64,000 nucleotides of DNA from Auanema rhodensis. Lineage: Eukaryota > Animalia > Nematoda. Position 1 is the stretch's first letter; each line of letters opens with the position of its first letter. The notes under the pieces were generated by a model. It saw only the letters and a list, made by a program, of their open reading frames with translations. It searched no databases and had not been told where the DNA came from. Positions 14,158 to 29,518 of the stretch are shown here, piece after piece. Both the position numbers and the translations under genes were made by a program. Location of the stretch: positions 16,740,001 through 16,804,000 of the forward strand of contig OZ059896.1 of NCBI GenBank assembly GCA_964057225.1, in the 5' to 3' direction.

Positions 14158-17100
14158 TTAGGAGTGAAATAAAGAAAAGGGGGAAATACAATAGACGATA
14201 CGGTTTTGACCGTACATTAAGAACATTTTGAACCATGTAATCTTATGACCATAATCTAGAAATTAGCAATTTTCGGTGTATGAGTACTAAATATTTTGGT
14301 CACCATAAGAAAAGGAATTTTAATAATTAAATTTCAAAATAAAAAAGAAAATAGATGAGAAAACAAGAGATACGTCCAGTTACATATGTATTATACATTA
14401 AATAGATGAATACCATATACATATAGTTAAAAGAAGAGAAATATAAGTTATGAATTCAACTCAGGTCGACACATTTTGATGGTTTGATCTCTTGGCCTTT
14501 AACAACCTGATTGTCAGCAGTTATCTGTTACTATTTTCTCTCTTTCTCTTTTCATGGTCGACAATGAAATGAACCTGAGATCAGAATTTTCAGAGAAAAC
14601 TAAACACACACACAGACACACATATTTCTTTATAAATTTCAATTTGCAATAAGATATTTGGATCTGTAGTTGGATATATTAGTTGTATTTTGTTTTTTTT
14701 TCATATTCAACTCCAAAATGATAATAATCGTTTGATTTGTTGAAATTTTAAATTTTCCAAGGAAAATAAAAACTAAAAAAAGAAGAAATGAATATATGGT
14801 TGTGTATATGTATGTGTGTGTGTGAATGTGTGCTAATAGTGTGTATGTGTATCTTCTAGTCTGTCTGTATATATGTGTTTCGGATTCAAATAATTTGATG
14901 AAAATAGATGGCATTTAACTTATTCTTATAAGAGTAAGATATAAAATAAGAATAGGTATGATTGGAAATAGATACCAAAAAAAACTTGGAGACTGATGAG
15001 ATTGGCAAAAGTTTTTGAGAATTGCAAATATTTTAAAAGTTGTTACTAGCATTGATAACAGTAAATAATGATGATGATGAAGATGATCATGATATGACAA
15101 CGACAAAGACGATAGATATTGAATAGCAGAATATTCTGGTTACTATATGGATATTGTAGAAATAACATGGAAAAAAGCATTATAAAGAGACTATTGGAAA
15201 ATGGAAAGAGAGATTGAAAGAAGAAGAGAAAGAAAATACGAAAGATCTAGAAGAGGAAGAAGAAAAGTGTTGAGAAATGATGGACTGATAACTCAGCAAC
15301 ATATGATGCTGATGTTACCTAATGTGTTTATCTTTTAATCGAACAAAAACGATAAAGAATTAAACAAGATGAGAGATTAAAATAATATAAAAAAAGAGAG
15401 AGAGGGAGAGAGAGAGAGAGAAAGAGAGAGAAAAAAGGTTAAGCGTATTGGTAACTATGAGGTAACATAGATATGAAAGTAATGAACGGCACAGAGATCA
15501 TCCTAATTTGTGGGAAGTAGACTGTGAACTGAAACGCATCGAAAATCATTTGATTTCTGAAGAGTGTGTTTGTTTTTGTGTCTTTAAAAGACGTTAATGT
15601 AATGATCGTAAAGAACAATTAGGAATTGAAAAAGAAAAAGGTGGAGTTCATGGAGGTGTCAAACGGAATTTGGATACGGTTGTATACAAGAACATGGATA
15701 GGCTGAAATGACGATAAGGTAAGCATTGGGTTAAAAGAACAAAAACGTGTAGATGAGGTGAAGATGATTCTACAAAAAGACAAAACCATAGAAAAAATAG
15801 AGGAAAATGGAGGAAACCAAGATAGAGAGAAAAGTAAAAACAGAGAGAGAGAGAGAGAAATAAAGACAGAGAGAGAGAGAAGTAGGACTGACTGACTAAC
15901 TGGCTGGTTGATTGGTGGTGGAGAAGTATGTTATGTGTGTATGTATGTATGTATGTGTGTATGTTATGTGATGACGGAAAAGTAGACGTTTGATTTCTTG
16001 ATCTTTGCCGACCGCCGCGACCAATAAATTGACTACGAGGGGGTTTCTTGTGGGTAAGACAAACGAGAGAATTCCGGAATAGAATGCCATATAGTGAGAA
16101 ATCAGAGATGGAAACAGACTAGAGAGAGAGAGCAAATGAAGGTGGAAACCAAAAGACTTGAAGATGCACTGTGCATCTTCTTCTCTCTTTCTCTCTATCT
16201 TTCTAAAACAAAAAAAGGAGGAAGAGAACAAGAAGCCAATCTCTTTCATCATCAGATTTTGTCGTTGTCTTCAGTAGGAGAGAGGCTATGATGAGAACCA
16301 CCTATAAAGATATTCTTAGAAGCAAAGAGAGAAAAAAGAGAAAGCAGGAAAGACACAAGCGTGAATATGAATAAACTGAAGGCTTCGAAAGAAGAAATTG
16401 GGATAGTGGGAGGGGAATAGGAAAGAGGGAGGGTGTTATTATGAAAAATTATAATAGAATACAAGAAAAGCGGGAGGCGAAGGATGTAAAGCGAGAGAGA
16501 GTGCAAAGTAGAAACTAGTGCCAACAGTCTACTTTAAAGAAGGGAATGAGAGAGAGAGAGAGAGGGAGAGAGAGAGAGAGAGAGAAGAAATAACGAAATA
16601 GTAACAAAGAAGAAAAACGAAAGAAGATTTGGATAAAGAAGTTGGAGAAAAAAAAAGAAATTTTTCTAGTTCACCTTTGAAAGAGAAAAGAATGAGCGGA
16701 AGAGTCGCTGCGAAAATGCTTTAAACACACTGTCAAGCATCATTTTGAGCTGAACTAACGGTAAGAACATAGATCAGAAGATCATTGAAGATAGTTCAGC
16801 CTCGTGTTTCTCTCCCATTTTTTTTATCTGCCGTACCCAATCTCTCTAGTATTTGCTGTATCTTTTTCATGATTCTCCTGTATGGAGCTCTCCAGGTTTT
16901 CCAATGCTGTGCATGCATCTATTCGGCTAATCATTCTATCATCTGTCTATTATTTCCATCTTTTTCCTTTAAATGATTTTTCGATCCTTTGAAGTATCTT
17001 TCATGATTATTCTACCAATCTTTTATGGTCATTGACCAATCAAATACAAAGTCAACTTTGAGACAAGCAAATTGTGATAAAATGATTGCACGAGCTTTCC

Positions 17101-18094
17101 TATCAAACGTTTTCCATTCCGGAAACCCGTACAAATAACAATCTCACAAACATACGCAGATCGAAGAATCTATTTGATACAGCACTCAAATAACGAGAGC
17201 TATGACGATGTTATCATCTGTTCTAATTATTTATACCCAATAATACATATTTTGCTCTGATGTTTCTGCTGTTTCTTTGATTCTGATTGTGCTGCTGATC
17301 GTGCTGCTGCTGCTGCTGCTGCTATACTGTCTGCAACTTCTATGATGATACTTCTGTTCACTTATCGCATCATGTTTTTCAAAATTATCTTTCATCTTTG
17401 ATTACCTAGTCTTTATACTTTTCAACCAGCTATAATCTTTTCTTGATAGTAAAGATGAAGTTAGATATAATAAGCTTTCATGCTAAGCGTTTTAAGCTGA
17501 CAGTAAGATACGAAAAGAGATCATGTTGATCAGAAGCTTGAATGTAGGATAAACTTTCAACTTTGTGGCAAATAGAAATAACCAGTGTACAGAATGATTC
17601 ATGATGTAATTCGTCATCTAGCTTAATTGTATATCAGAAAGATAATAGAAAGTTTTTTTTTGTTCTGATTATTTAGCAGTTCAATGAAATGTAATGAAAT
17701 TATCTGATGTAATCAGAATAAATATTATAGAAATAATCAAATAAGAAAGTGGAAAACTAAACGTTATGAATATTATAAATTTACGTAGGAGACTGAATTA
17801 TTATTCCAATAATTATTAAAGTAGCAATTTGATCTTTTGATTTTCATAAAGATATTAGGAAATAAATTGAACAAAAGAAGATTGTGAGAGTTAGAGAACA
17901 TTATAGATAAAGAGAGAAATAAAGATAGATATTAATAGAAAGATAGATAGGGAAGAAGAGATAGAATAGAATAAAAGAAGTGAAAAGATTTAATATGCCT
18001 ATAATAGTGAGTAGAACGGAAGTAACGAGAGATCGAAAGGAAGAATATATAACAAGCTTAAACATAAATTTGACGAGGAAAGAGAGAGAAAAAT

Positions 18095-18133
<39 letters not shown>

Positions 18134-21100
18134 GAGAGAGAAATTAAGTGATAGAGAGGTAGATAGCTAAAGATAAGAAGTAATGAGGGAAAAATGGAGA
18201 ATGCTGGAGTGAAACAAGCCAAATTTTGGAAAGTTTATATCTTTATTTCTTAAATGTTATTCATTTAATTTTAAGAAAATAATATTATTTTTTGAATAAT
18301 CATTTATCTTTTTTTTCTTAAATTTTTGAATTTAGTTTTATAATTCTTATCAAATACAAAAATTATATTCAATGACATATTTGTAGTTATTTTATTTGTT
18401 TAGTTAGCTGGACTAGTTTCTTTAAAGACATTAACATTTTTAAAAAATGAAAGAACTGAAAAATGTGTTTGAATGATGACGTAACCCCAGAAATGTTTCA
18501 GTTCACCATACGGTAGTATGACTACAATGAAAAATCGGATAAGAAGGTGAAGATAGTCCAAAAAACAATTTTTAGAGTAAGATAGAAGAGAAATCAAAGA
18601 AAAAACGAGAACAACCGTTCCAATTTGTTGTTGCGCTCTGATGACATTCAAATAATTTTGATGGCCGATTGATAATGGCGTAGAAACCACCACGTGACTT
18701 GATGATCAAGTTGACGGAAATGGCAGACAGCTCACATGTCTTCGATTTCAGATCGGTTTCACAACCTTTTTTTGATTCGAAACTGATACACTGACCGCAA
18801 ACAAGGCGAGGTGTTAGAGAGAGATCAAATGGTTATATGTACCCAGGTATGTATGTCTCTGTAATGAAATTCGCTTTTCATTCTTTTCATAGCTGCTCAT
18901 CGTCATTTTTTCTCTTTTATTCGTTTTCGTATTGTCATCATCATCGTGAAAAAACAATCAAGCGCAGATAATGCTGTACAAGCTGAAAGCTGGGTTGATG
19001 GTTTTATAGGTACAAGCTGGTCAAATTTGATTGATTCATGTGTCAAAGTACAAGTTGAAGCGTCATCTAGTTAACCAAATTTTATTTTTTTTTGTTGAAA
19101 ATGTGAGAGAAGGAATGATTGATCTTGGTAATGTGAAGAAGGTTTGATCTTTGTTTACATGGCAACTTGAACTAGAATGAAAAAAAGGAGAAGATGGAAC
19201 ATTGTGACAATCCGGTTAAGAATGTATTTAATCTTTTTCTCCCCTTCTTTTTAACTCTCAATATAATATTTTCTTTTAATTTTAAGGTTTATTTTAATTT
19301 TATGTACTTTAGAATTTGTTTATGAATCAACAAAAGTTCTGATTTGTTGGATGAATTGATGCACTCGGATGAAATTGATGTACTCAGAGCAAGCATCAAC
19401 TCAAACATACTGTTTTCCGCTTTTTCTCTTCCTCTTCCTCCTCACCGTTGTTGTCCTTTTCTTTATCAGTTTCTTCTTCTACTTCCTCTCTTCTCTCGTT
19501 TTTGAACGACCTCTTTCATTCTTTTATAGTTTTCATTAAAAAGTCCGAAGAGTTTGACTTTTCAAAGTGATGCCCGTAAGGGTTCAAAGAAATAGTTCAC
19601 AAAATAATTCTGATCTCGATGCGATCAACCGGACGTCTAACTGACCACTTTTCTATCTAGTTTTCTTTTTTTCTGTCTATCAATTCACCTGAATACACAT
19701 ATGTATGTAGTTTTCCGTACAACTCAAGCTACAGTATGCTTTGTCTTCTGGTGGCGAACAAGAGCATGGAATATACAAACACACAAAGAGGGGAGGAAAT
19801 AAAAAAAAAGAAAGAAAGAAAGAAAGAGGGTTGAGGCAAAGAAGTGAAAGAACGACCAAGACAGTATACTTGAAACAGCTTGTGTTGTTAAATCATCTAA
19901 AAGCTTAAAAAGCTTTTCCTGATTAAGTATTACTACCTTAAAGAATGCTTACTTTCTTCATTGTAAACAATAGATGTTTATAAATGATTAATAGAAAGTA
20001 AAGAAATGTAAAAATCACTCTTCTACAGTAATAATCGTTTTTGTTTTCTAATTAGATGTGTGATGATCATGGCTTGTCGTCTGATGGTTTATAAAGTGAA
20101 GTGGAAAGAGATATGAAAATGAGAAATTTAAAGATTGTATAGTGAAAGGATGATAATTATGGAACAGATTAAAAGATAAAGAAAGAAATAAAATGAGAGA
20201 GGGAGATAGATATGTGTGTCGAGAGGGAGAATGAGACAAAGAAAGAGATAACAAGAGTTCCAGGTGCAAGAAAGAAACTTTTGTATACCATTTTGTATAT
20301 TAAAACATGAAAGATTATTGTATTCTATTAACATCAGAGAATATATGTATCATCTGTGCTGGATTGAAGTACTGTTTTGACTATTGTTATTAGCTTAAAA
20401 CAGGAGATTCATTTTGTATAAGAGCATTTAAACAGAAGGATACTATAGAAATAACGAAAACATGAGCGAACTGTTAGGAAGATGTATATGATTGAATAGA
20501 TTTTCAAGGCTTGAGCTTACCCGTAGAAATATGAGTTAAGTTTTTCTTAAGTCTATGATAATTGGATGATTCAAGTTTAACAATATTATCAATATAACTT
20601 ATGTATATATATATATATGAACTTGATGTTCAAGTTTGTACAACAACCTCGTGTGTCTGCATAAAACTGATTCTAAACAGTTAACATATTGATATGATAT
20701 ACTGTAAAATCGCTATGAAATTAAGATTACAGGTAACTCAAGCAATATACAAAATTTTTGAATTTCAAATTATATTAAAAAAACCTTTTCTATAAATCTA
20801 ATTCAAGAGATCAAATGTAATAGGAGTACGGTAACGACGTAAAATTGTCGTTGCCTTAGGCAAAATACCTGAAATAGGTACGGTATGTCGACGTTGTACG
20901 TTGTATGTTTCATGTTTGCAGTCTAATTCCACGAGATACAATGAAGAGAAATAAAGAGAGCTAAACTAGAAAAATTAGAAAGAAAATTTTAAAACTTACC
21001 AGAGGGTATATACATATATTATATATTATATAATAATGATATATATATGTATATACATAATAATTATATGAGAATTTTGGATGGCATATGTACACGAAAT

Positions 21101-21507
21101 GTCAAGCAATTGATAGTTGGAGGCCTATTCAGACATTTTTTTTTCTTCATTTCTTCAAAAAAGAAAGCACGTATTTTCATTTCTAAAATATAACTAATGT
21201 ATTATACATTTAGTGTTATATAAGTATATAATTATATATAAAATAATATTTTTTATATTAATTAATAATTAATATTATATATCACATGTTTTAGTAGTTA
21301 TACATGTGGAATAGAAAAAGAGTGTGTGAGAGACGAAGCGATTTGATGCAAAAAATCTCTAAAATTTCTTTTTGTTTTATTTTTTTTTGTTTGTTTGTTT
21401 CAGTCATTTGTGTCTATCCAATATGATATGATAAACATGCCATTAGTAGTATTATTTGTTCCTTTTAATAGAAAATAAAAGGAATATATATCAAGAGATA
21501 TAGCATT

Positions 21508-21548
<41 letters not shown>

Positions 21549-21750
21549 CTTTTTTAGGTACATGAATGTATATGTTAGTGATTCATACAAAGATGACAAA
21601 AATTGGATAAAACACTAGTTATTAGTATTATTACTATAAATAGAACATATAATTATTAATCATGTTAACTTTTTTAAAATATAAAATGAATAGTTAAGCT
21701 TTAATGTTTAAAAGTACGCATGTCGTTCTTCTTACTTCATTTGCAACCAG

Positions 21751-21752
<2 letters not shown>

Positions 21753-21814
<62 letters not shown>
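21753..21814. repeat. (TA)n microsatellite
   Basis: About 30 TA units read directly. Confidence 0.95.
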
Positions 21815-22932
21815 TCATCGTATGCCATTTCGTGAGTTTCTAATTCTGAACCAAACAATACCATTTACTCACTAAACAATTTCTGGGACAAAAAAGAAAG
21901 TTCAATTCTACTAGAAAGAACATTGGCTTATCGACTTCATGTACGCAGATTGAGTGAAGTTATAAGAAAAAAGAAAAGAAAATTGAAAAGTTGAAAATGC
22001 TAAAAGAATGTTTTTCCAAAGTTTGCGCATTAGGAGAACATGTTTCTGACGCTGTGTGGGTTGTCTCGGCCAGAAATAAAGGTGGTTGTGGTGGAGGCTG
22101 ATGGTAGGGGGATTCCCCTGAACAAGACGGTGGAAATTGTATGGCGCAAACAGAGAGAATTAGACAAAAAAAGAACATAGAACATGAGAGAATAGAAGAA
22201 AGGTGAAAGAATCGAATGAAAAGATCAAATAATACTGGGTGGAGATGATAGTAGAAATATTATTGAGAGAAACAGTTGAGAGAATAAGAATTATAAAGAA
22301 TGAAAGAGAGAGAAAGAGAGAGAGAGAGAGAAAGAGAAGAAGAGAGAGAAGTAACAGAGGTAGGTAGAGAGAGATAGAGAGAGAGAAATGTAATTGAAAG
22401 ATAGAATGATGAGGTTGGAAAAGTTTACTATTTGCAGTACAAGGCTAGTGATGGCGTTGTGGGGGGGGGGGCGCATTGAAAGAATAGCAGAATGATACAT
22501 TTATAGAAAAGTGAAAACAAGAGGACATAACGACTTCCCTGTATTTTGAAATTCTATTGGCATCTTTTTTTCGACCTATTTTTAACTATTACTTCTATCA
22601 AAATGTTCTGATCAGATTAAATATTTAATTTTAATAAAAATATAATAATAATTTATGTTTTGTATTTCTTCCACCACTTTTTCGCATATGCCCACAGTTT
22701 CATTGTATTTTTAAAGATTAATGATTGATAATCAAAGATATTTTCCAAAACTAGACAGTAGATATGAAGTTTTACGCCAACTAATCTTTTTGGACAAAAT
22801 TTTCAAACTTTTGACAATGTGTTTGTCTGCGGTTCTTTGCTTAATTTGTACATGAGATCAAACAACCATAAGTTGATGAAGAAGTAGACGTATGATGAAG
22901 ATTATAATTTCGTACTATAGACTGAGGGAAGT

Positions 22933-22985
<53 letters not shown>

Positions 22986-25900
22986 AAGAGTGAGCGAGAG
23001 AAAGAGAGAGAAAGTCAGTAAGGACATAAATGGATTTAATAAATCAGAAAGATGAAAAGACAGGAAAAGGTGTAACTGAGGTTATAGGTATTATACGAGA
23101 AATAGAGAGAAAAAGATATGATATAGAGAGCTGATAGCATAAATGAATAAAAAAGAAAGAGAATGAGAGAGGTAAAGAAAGAAAATAGACACTAATAGAC
23201 TATATCATGTTGCTGATAATTTTATCTTAATTATGAATAATGTTTATATAAGTATTTGTTTAAAGAAAGATTTTTTTTCAAAGAAATAAAATTCATAAAA
23301 CTATTTTTATTTTATCAAAATATACTTGGAATATTGAAAAATTCTATCTTTTAGTCCCTTTAAGTATATAATCATTGAATTTATAATTTGAAAAAAATGT
23401 TAAATTTCTAAAAATGCCGGGGAAAATAGATATACATACTTCTCTGAACACCGGTTTCTGCCCCAACATAAACTTTATTTTTCAATCTTTGAATAGTTGA
23501 TTTATAAAAAATCAAAGTTTAGATAGCATGTATATGAGAGAAACATGACGATATGATTAGAAATATCATTAACAAGTGAGAGTAAGAGATTACTCGAGAA
23601 TGTAAGTTGAAGAGATGAGCTAGATTGATAGATAGATAGAGAGGTAAAGAGATACGAACACACTCAGAGAACAGGTTAGAATAAGACAAAGTTTGTATAG
23701 AGTTTTACCTTTCATAGAACAGAATTTTAAAATTCATGTGCGCCGGATGACGACAGAACGTTTTCGGCGATTCTTGATGATATGTATTTTGGAGTATACA
23801 GTTCAGGTCGTGCACCTCTTATAACAGAGATCACTTATTGCTTCTGGATTTGCTATTTCTGTTCTCTGCACCTCTCAGAATCAATCTATTTCTTTTTGAA
23901 CAATGAAAATGAATTTTAAATATAAAGTCAATGATGAGTATTGATAAAATAGAAAAGATGAACGAGATCCAAAGAATAATGGGTAGTGGGGATAAATAAG
24001 ATGTAGTGATTGAAGTAGATCTAAGAATCTGTTCTTGGCTATCATGGAATTAATTTTGAATGCTATGTATACACATAGTTATAATATTTAAACATTGATC
24101 ATGTATAGTCAACAAGATAATTATAGAATGATATATCTAATTTTTCTTTTCAACTTTTTTGTTTTGTTTGCAGCTCATCATTTCATTTGATCCAAAAAAT
24201 CTATTGACAACTTTTATATGTATGTATAGTTATATAGCTAGCTTCCGGTTATTCAGCCAGCCTTTTTCAATCTTTTTTTCTGCTCCAATGTTCCTATACA
24301 AAAAAATTATTTGTAACTATATCTATATAAATCAAATAAAACAGTTGCAAAAGAAATGCATATTTGATAATTATTAGAGAATTGTTTGGGTAAACAACCA
24401 AATATAAATAAATAAATAAGATATAGAGAAAGAAATTTCTTCTACACTATTCAGAAACATATATTATATATTTGTATTTATTTATTTATTTTTAAATTAT
24501 GGTATAGACAATTTGCAAGATAATTAATTCAATTTATATTTTTATAAATATGTTCATATATCATTTTGCTATATATGACCTCTTTCCCCTCTTTCTTCCT
24601 TTTCTTAATCGTTTCATGAAAAAAACAAATATATGTTTTTAAAAAGTGAATTTATACAGTAATGATAAGAAAAACAAGGACTATAAATAGAGGGACTGAT
24701 ATTCAGAGAGAGAGAGAGAAAGAGAGAGATAGTTATTAGATGAGAATTAGAGAAGTAAAAATGGATTGGATGATGAACCAATGAAAAACATATTGCCCCC
24801 ATGCACCACGTGTTATGTCACGGACATGAAGGAAAAAAAAGATAAAAGATCAACTAATCAAGTTATTCCGTAAAGGATTTAAATGAAAAACGATTGATAG
24901 AATCAAAGGGAAAAGATGACTGTGTAAATGAAGTAAATGCTAAATATCAGAGAGAAAAAGCTAACAATGAACTGATATAGCATGGATGGATAGATGGCAA
25001 GACTGGGGGGAGACTGTCATTGACCTGCTTTGGCCAAATTCTTCTCTTTCTGTTCGGAAATCACCTCACGATTTTGGAATTGAATGATCTTTGAAACGGA
25101 AAGCTCGGTCAATGTCTGAGTGACTACGGTTATCTATGAAATCATTCAATCTTGATGCATTCAACTTATTTAGAAATTTGACAGTGATAGAAAAAGAGAA
25201 GAGAAAGATCGAGAGAAAGAGAGAAAAAGAAGACGAGATAATATGGTAGGGGTCTGTATCTTCAGATTTATTATGAAATACGAGCTAGACCGTCGTTTAT
25301 AGACATGATATTCTGATTTTTACATCATTTAAGCTTATGTCTAGTCAATTATGAGAAATTTAATTTTAATACAAGACAAACTGCTTCAAAGCTACAAAAC
25401 TATGAAAACTTTACAAAAGAAAATGAAAATAAAGGTATATGTCGAGGGAGAGAGAAAGAGGAAGAGAACGAGAGAGTATTTTGGTGGGTGTTGACTACAG
25501 AATACATATGTAATAGCTCATAACAGATAGAGAAGGGGGATTTAGTGATATAATCTATCTTTCAACAAAAAAAAACAGTTCTCATATGAGATATGTAATT
25601 ATAATTCATAAATAGTTAAAGATTGGTTATCAATGTATTATTTAAAGGAGAAGATGAAAAAGGAAAAGAAGAAGAAACATTTGAAACTGAACTGAAAAAG
25701 ATCAGAGAATTCTGTGGTCAGGTGATTGGAGAAAAATATAGTCAAAGGTTGATTCAAAAGAGCTTGTTCAAAGTATTTGATGATGGAGCGACTGAAATTG
25801 GGCTGATCATTGGATATAAGATCAATTTCATCCGTTTGCGGAAGAGGATATCGGAAATCTGTTTCAGATAAGAAAATGAAAAGAAGGTTGTGAAAACAAA

Positions 25901-28900
25901 TGACTTTGAAAGAATCAAAGAAACAAGAATACTAGGAAGTAAGTTTGAATATTTCGAAAATTATTGTTAAAACACTGAAAAAAAATATTTTGAATGTGAA
26001 AATTGAATTATTTGAAATAGTCAATCAAATAGTTGGGCGGTATTGTCCATGATTTACATGATATATCCGTTTATTCAATGCTAACAATGAAACATTTTTA
26101 TAAAACAAATGACAATAAATAGAATAAAAAACAAATATAAAAACTAATAATTCAAAAATCTATTTCTTTCTTTTATTCTTTTTCAAAAATATTAAAAGAA
26201 TAAAATTAAAAAATATAGTCTTTGAGTTCTTTGTAATTCATTCGTTTATCAAATGATCAGTTCACATGACTTCGAAGTTTATTTTTCTGATGAAGTTTGT
26301 TTTAAAACAACTGTAAAGACGAGGAAAGAAGTTGTAAGTTTAAGATTTGAAGTACATGAAGCTTGAATTGATTACTGATCACTTAAGTTGAATATTTTTA
26401 AAAATAGATTGTAAATATATTATTGATTTCATGTAGACATATGTATATAATATATATAAATATATAGATATATACCTATATATATACTATATGATTATTA
26501 TTTTTTTTCATATTCTATATATTTCCTTTCATTATTTCTTTTTTTGAACTTTTAATTATATTCAAAATCTTCAATTAGCGATGTGTTTGATCATTGACGC
26601 TTAGAATATTTAACAGATATTTACTTCATATATAGCTAATTAATACAGTTTTGAACAATAGCTCAAAGTATTTTAGTGAACAATGTTTTTTCTAATTTTA
26701 TATTTTAATTTTTAGGAATAATATTTTACTCAAAACTTCTCAAATTTCATAATTTGAACTTAAAAATAGCTGAGAACTGAATGAGATATCAGACGTAGGA
26801 ATGGATAAGGTCGAGAAGTGTGTATGAGAGACCTGAGGTTAAACATGATTATCAGAGAAAAAGAATGTTCGAAAGAAGATCTGAAATCAAGAGGAAAAGC
26901 TTGAATGATTGGGACAAAAAGACAGTTGAGATGATGAATTTACGTTAAAGTGAACGAGAGTCGTGAAGAGAAATATGCAAAATTAAGGCTAACGAGAGAG
27001 AGAAGGAGAGAGAAATAGAGAGAGGACAAGGATAAAGCAGAAGCCGAACTGAGAATATTGGCAGCTGTGATTCCTCTCTACTCCCACCAGACTAATCACA
27101 TACATTTACACAGAAACGAAGAAGAAGACAAAGAAGAATAAGAAGAAGGAGAAGAATAAGAAGAAGAACGAAATCAGATTGTTGATGAAGACCAAGAGGA
27201 CATGGATGCTACTATAATCAAGTGAGTCTAATATACTATAATATGACTTTATATATCTTTTTTCAATTATAACTTATACGAAAGTTTATAATTTTTCCTC
27301 AAACATTGGTAATTCAACAGAATTTCTTTAATTTATAGTTTAAGAAGTATGTTGGTTGTTCATAACATCATTATCACATCATAATTAACAAAAAAAAACA
27401 TTTTATTGGAACAGCCATCCATCTATTCAAAGTACTAATACAAGATGAACTGTTAGATTAACTATCTTTGTTGTTGTTGCAAGTTTTTTTTCCAGCGAAG
27501 CTAGTGAAATCAATTAATCTTTCGATCAGTGATTGTTAGTTATTTTTTTTCTTTTTTACAGAAAAAGCTACAACATTGACGTCATTTTCAATTTCAGACT
27601 AGTAGATATTTGAAAAGAAAAACATTTTTGATGAGATTTTTACACAGGAATACATAAAACACAAAATATTGCTATTACCTTTAAGAACTAAAGGAAATTC
27701 TAGAAAAAAAGGATTAACTTTCCTCTCTTTCTCTTCATTTTCTTCTCTCTTTGTAAAGATAATATTATTTTTTAAGATATCTTCGTATTTCAAAGCCAAG
27801 CAGTGATGAAGAAGACTCTTTAATAGATAATAAAATCTGGATAATAGACCAACAGCTAGGATATCGGTAAGTTTATGAGTCATTTTTGATTTTTTTCCCT
27901 AATGACAATTAAAATAGAGAATCGAATGAAATATATTCGATTACTTATTACTATAGAATTTCTTTAGATTTTTTATTTTAGGCTTTGTTCCATATTAGAT
28001 GAAGGTTTATCCGATGTACTTGTTGGATTCAGAGATGAGCAAGGTTTCTTTGAAAAGGTTAGTTTTTTCCATTAAGGTTAATCATGAATCGCAATTGGCC
28101 TGTTTTCAATGTTTTTTGGAAAATGCTGGTAAAAATAGCTAATCGTGCAAATTGTAACCATCTCCCCCCCCCCCAACCCTTCTCCAATTCCATTGTTCTC
28201 AATGACATTTCGAAATTTGGAAATTTAGTGTGTAGATAGGACATAGTGTTGAGAAAAAAATGTAACAAATCAAATAATAACTGGATTACCTAGTAAGATG
28301 GTTGATGTTAGGATGATCCTCGTGTTTGTACTTAGTTGTGAAAATGCTATAACAACATGTGAACTTTCTTTTTTTGTTTTTCGCTCAAACTTTTACCTGG
28401 ATGATTCATTAGTTTAGTTACATATTTTTACTATTTTTATGAATGCTGATTTGCAAAATAACGCACTATAAATGAAAGAAAAAATGTTTTTTTTTGTTCA
28501 TTTGAAACTTAGGGCAGTAAAAAAAGAAAATTCTTTGACCGCTAAACACAACACAACTTGTCTTTCACTAACAGCCGATGTAGCGATAAGCTTGTTGACA
28601 AAAGCGTGAAGATTAGTAACTGAAGAAAGGTATGATGTCATTCTATCATGATGTATCATCCTCGTTTATATCATCCTCTTACTCTTTTCTCTCACAATGT
28701 TCTTTCTTTTGTCTTCATACACTTTTGACTTCTGGAACTGTTCTATAATGTAATGAGAAATAGGTGAGAAATGGATAACGAACGGAGAGGCATGAGTGAG
28801 AGAATAAGAGAAAAAGAGAAAGAAAGATTGATGCTCACAAAGGAACATCAAGAGAAGCTGAGAGTATAGCAGAGAAACCTTGAAGAAACACTTGGAAGAA

Positions 28901-29467
28901 AAGTGATAAATCAATTGACAAAAAAAGAATTTTTAATGTTCTTTTCAATGAATAATCTACTATAGTGAGCAGTCACTTCGTTCTTCTTTTTCATTTTTTA
29001 AGCTTCTTATACAAGGGTGTAAAGAAAACTGAAAATAGAGGGAAAAAATAAAAAAAATACATCTCTTTCTCTTTCTCTGACTATCTTTAATCTCTATATG
29101 TCTATTGCTCTTTTGATCTCTCAGTTTCTTCTCTCTTAAAATATGTTATATTTCGTACAAAAAAAGAATTGCAAGACTAGTTGCAGAAGATTTCTTTCTT
29201 TACACTTTGTCTCATATCACTCTCTCTCTCTCTCTCTCTCTCTTTCTTTTTTTCTATGTCTTTCTCTCTCGCTCTCTTTTTCTAACAATTTTTCTACAAC
29301 GTGTATTCACATTTTCTATAATATTTATCACGTTGTTGTTTCTTTTTAGTAAAAAAATCTCTTTTCATTTTAACTATTGATGACTGATGATGTCACGAAG
29401 ACGGATAAGAAGAAGGAGAAACATAGTTTATGAAATTAAAAAGAAATGGATTATAATCATTGAGATT

Positions 29468-29518
<51 letters not shown>
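29468..29518 (+). repeat. (ATG)n trinucleotide microsatellite
   Basis: About 17 ATG units. This repeat produces the spurious poly-His ORF 29393..29575. Confidence 0.95.

Noticed and set aside
13798-14236. Three overlapping ORFs with RERE/SLSL repeats (also 59340-59709, 42636-42837, 22291-22500)
   Set aside because: They are translations of GA/CT microsatellites with no domain or splice support.
21960-22178. GC-rich, Pro-rich minus-strand ORF
   Set aside because: No donor or partner exons were found, and the in-frame stop before the DM ATG excludes an N-terminal extension via that acceptor.
25623-25871. 82 aa charged ORF
   Set aside because: It has a non-ATG start, no flanking exons and no recognisable family.
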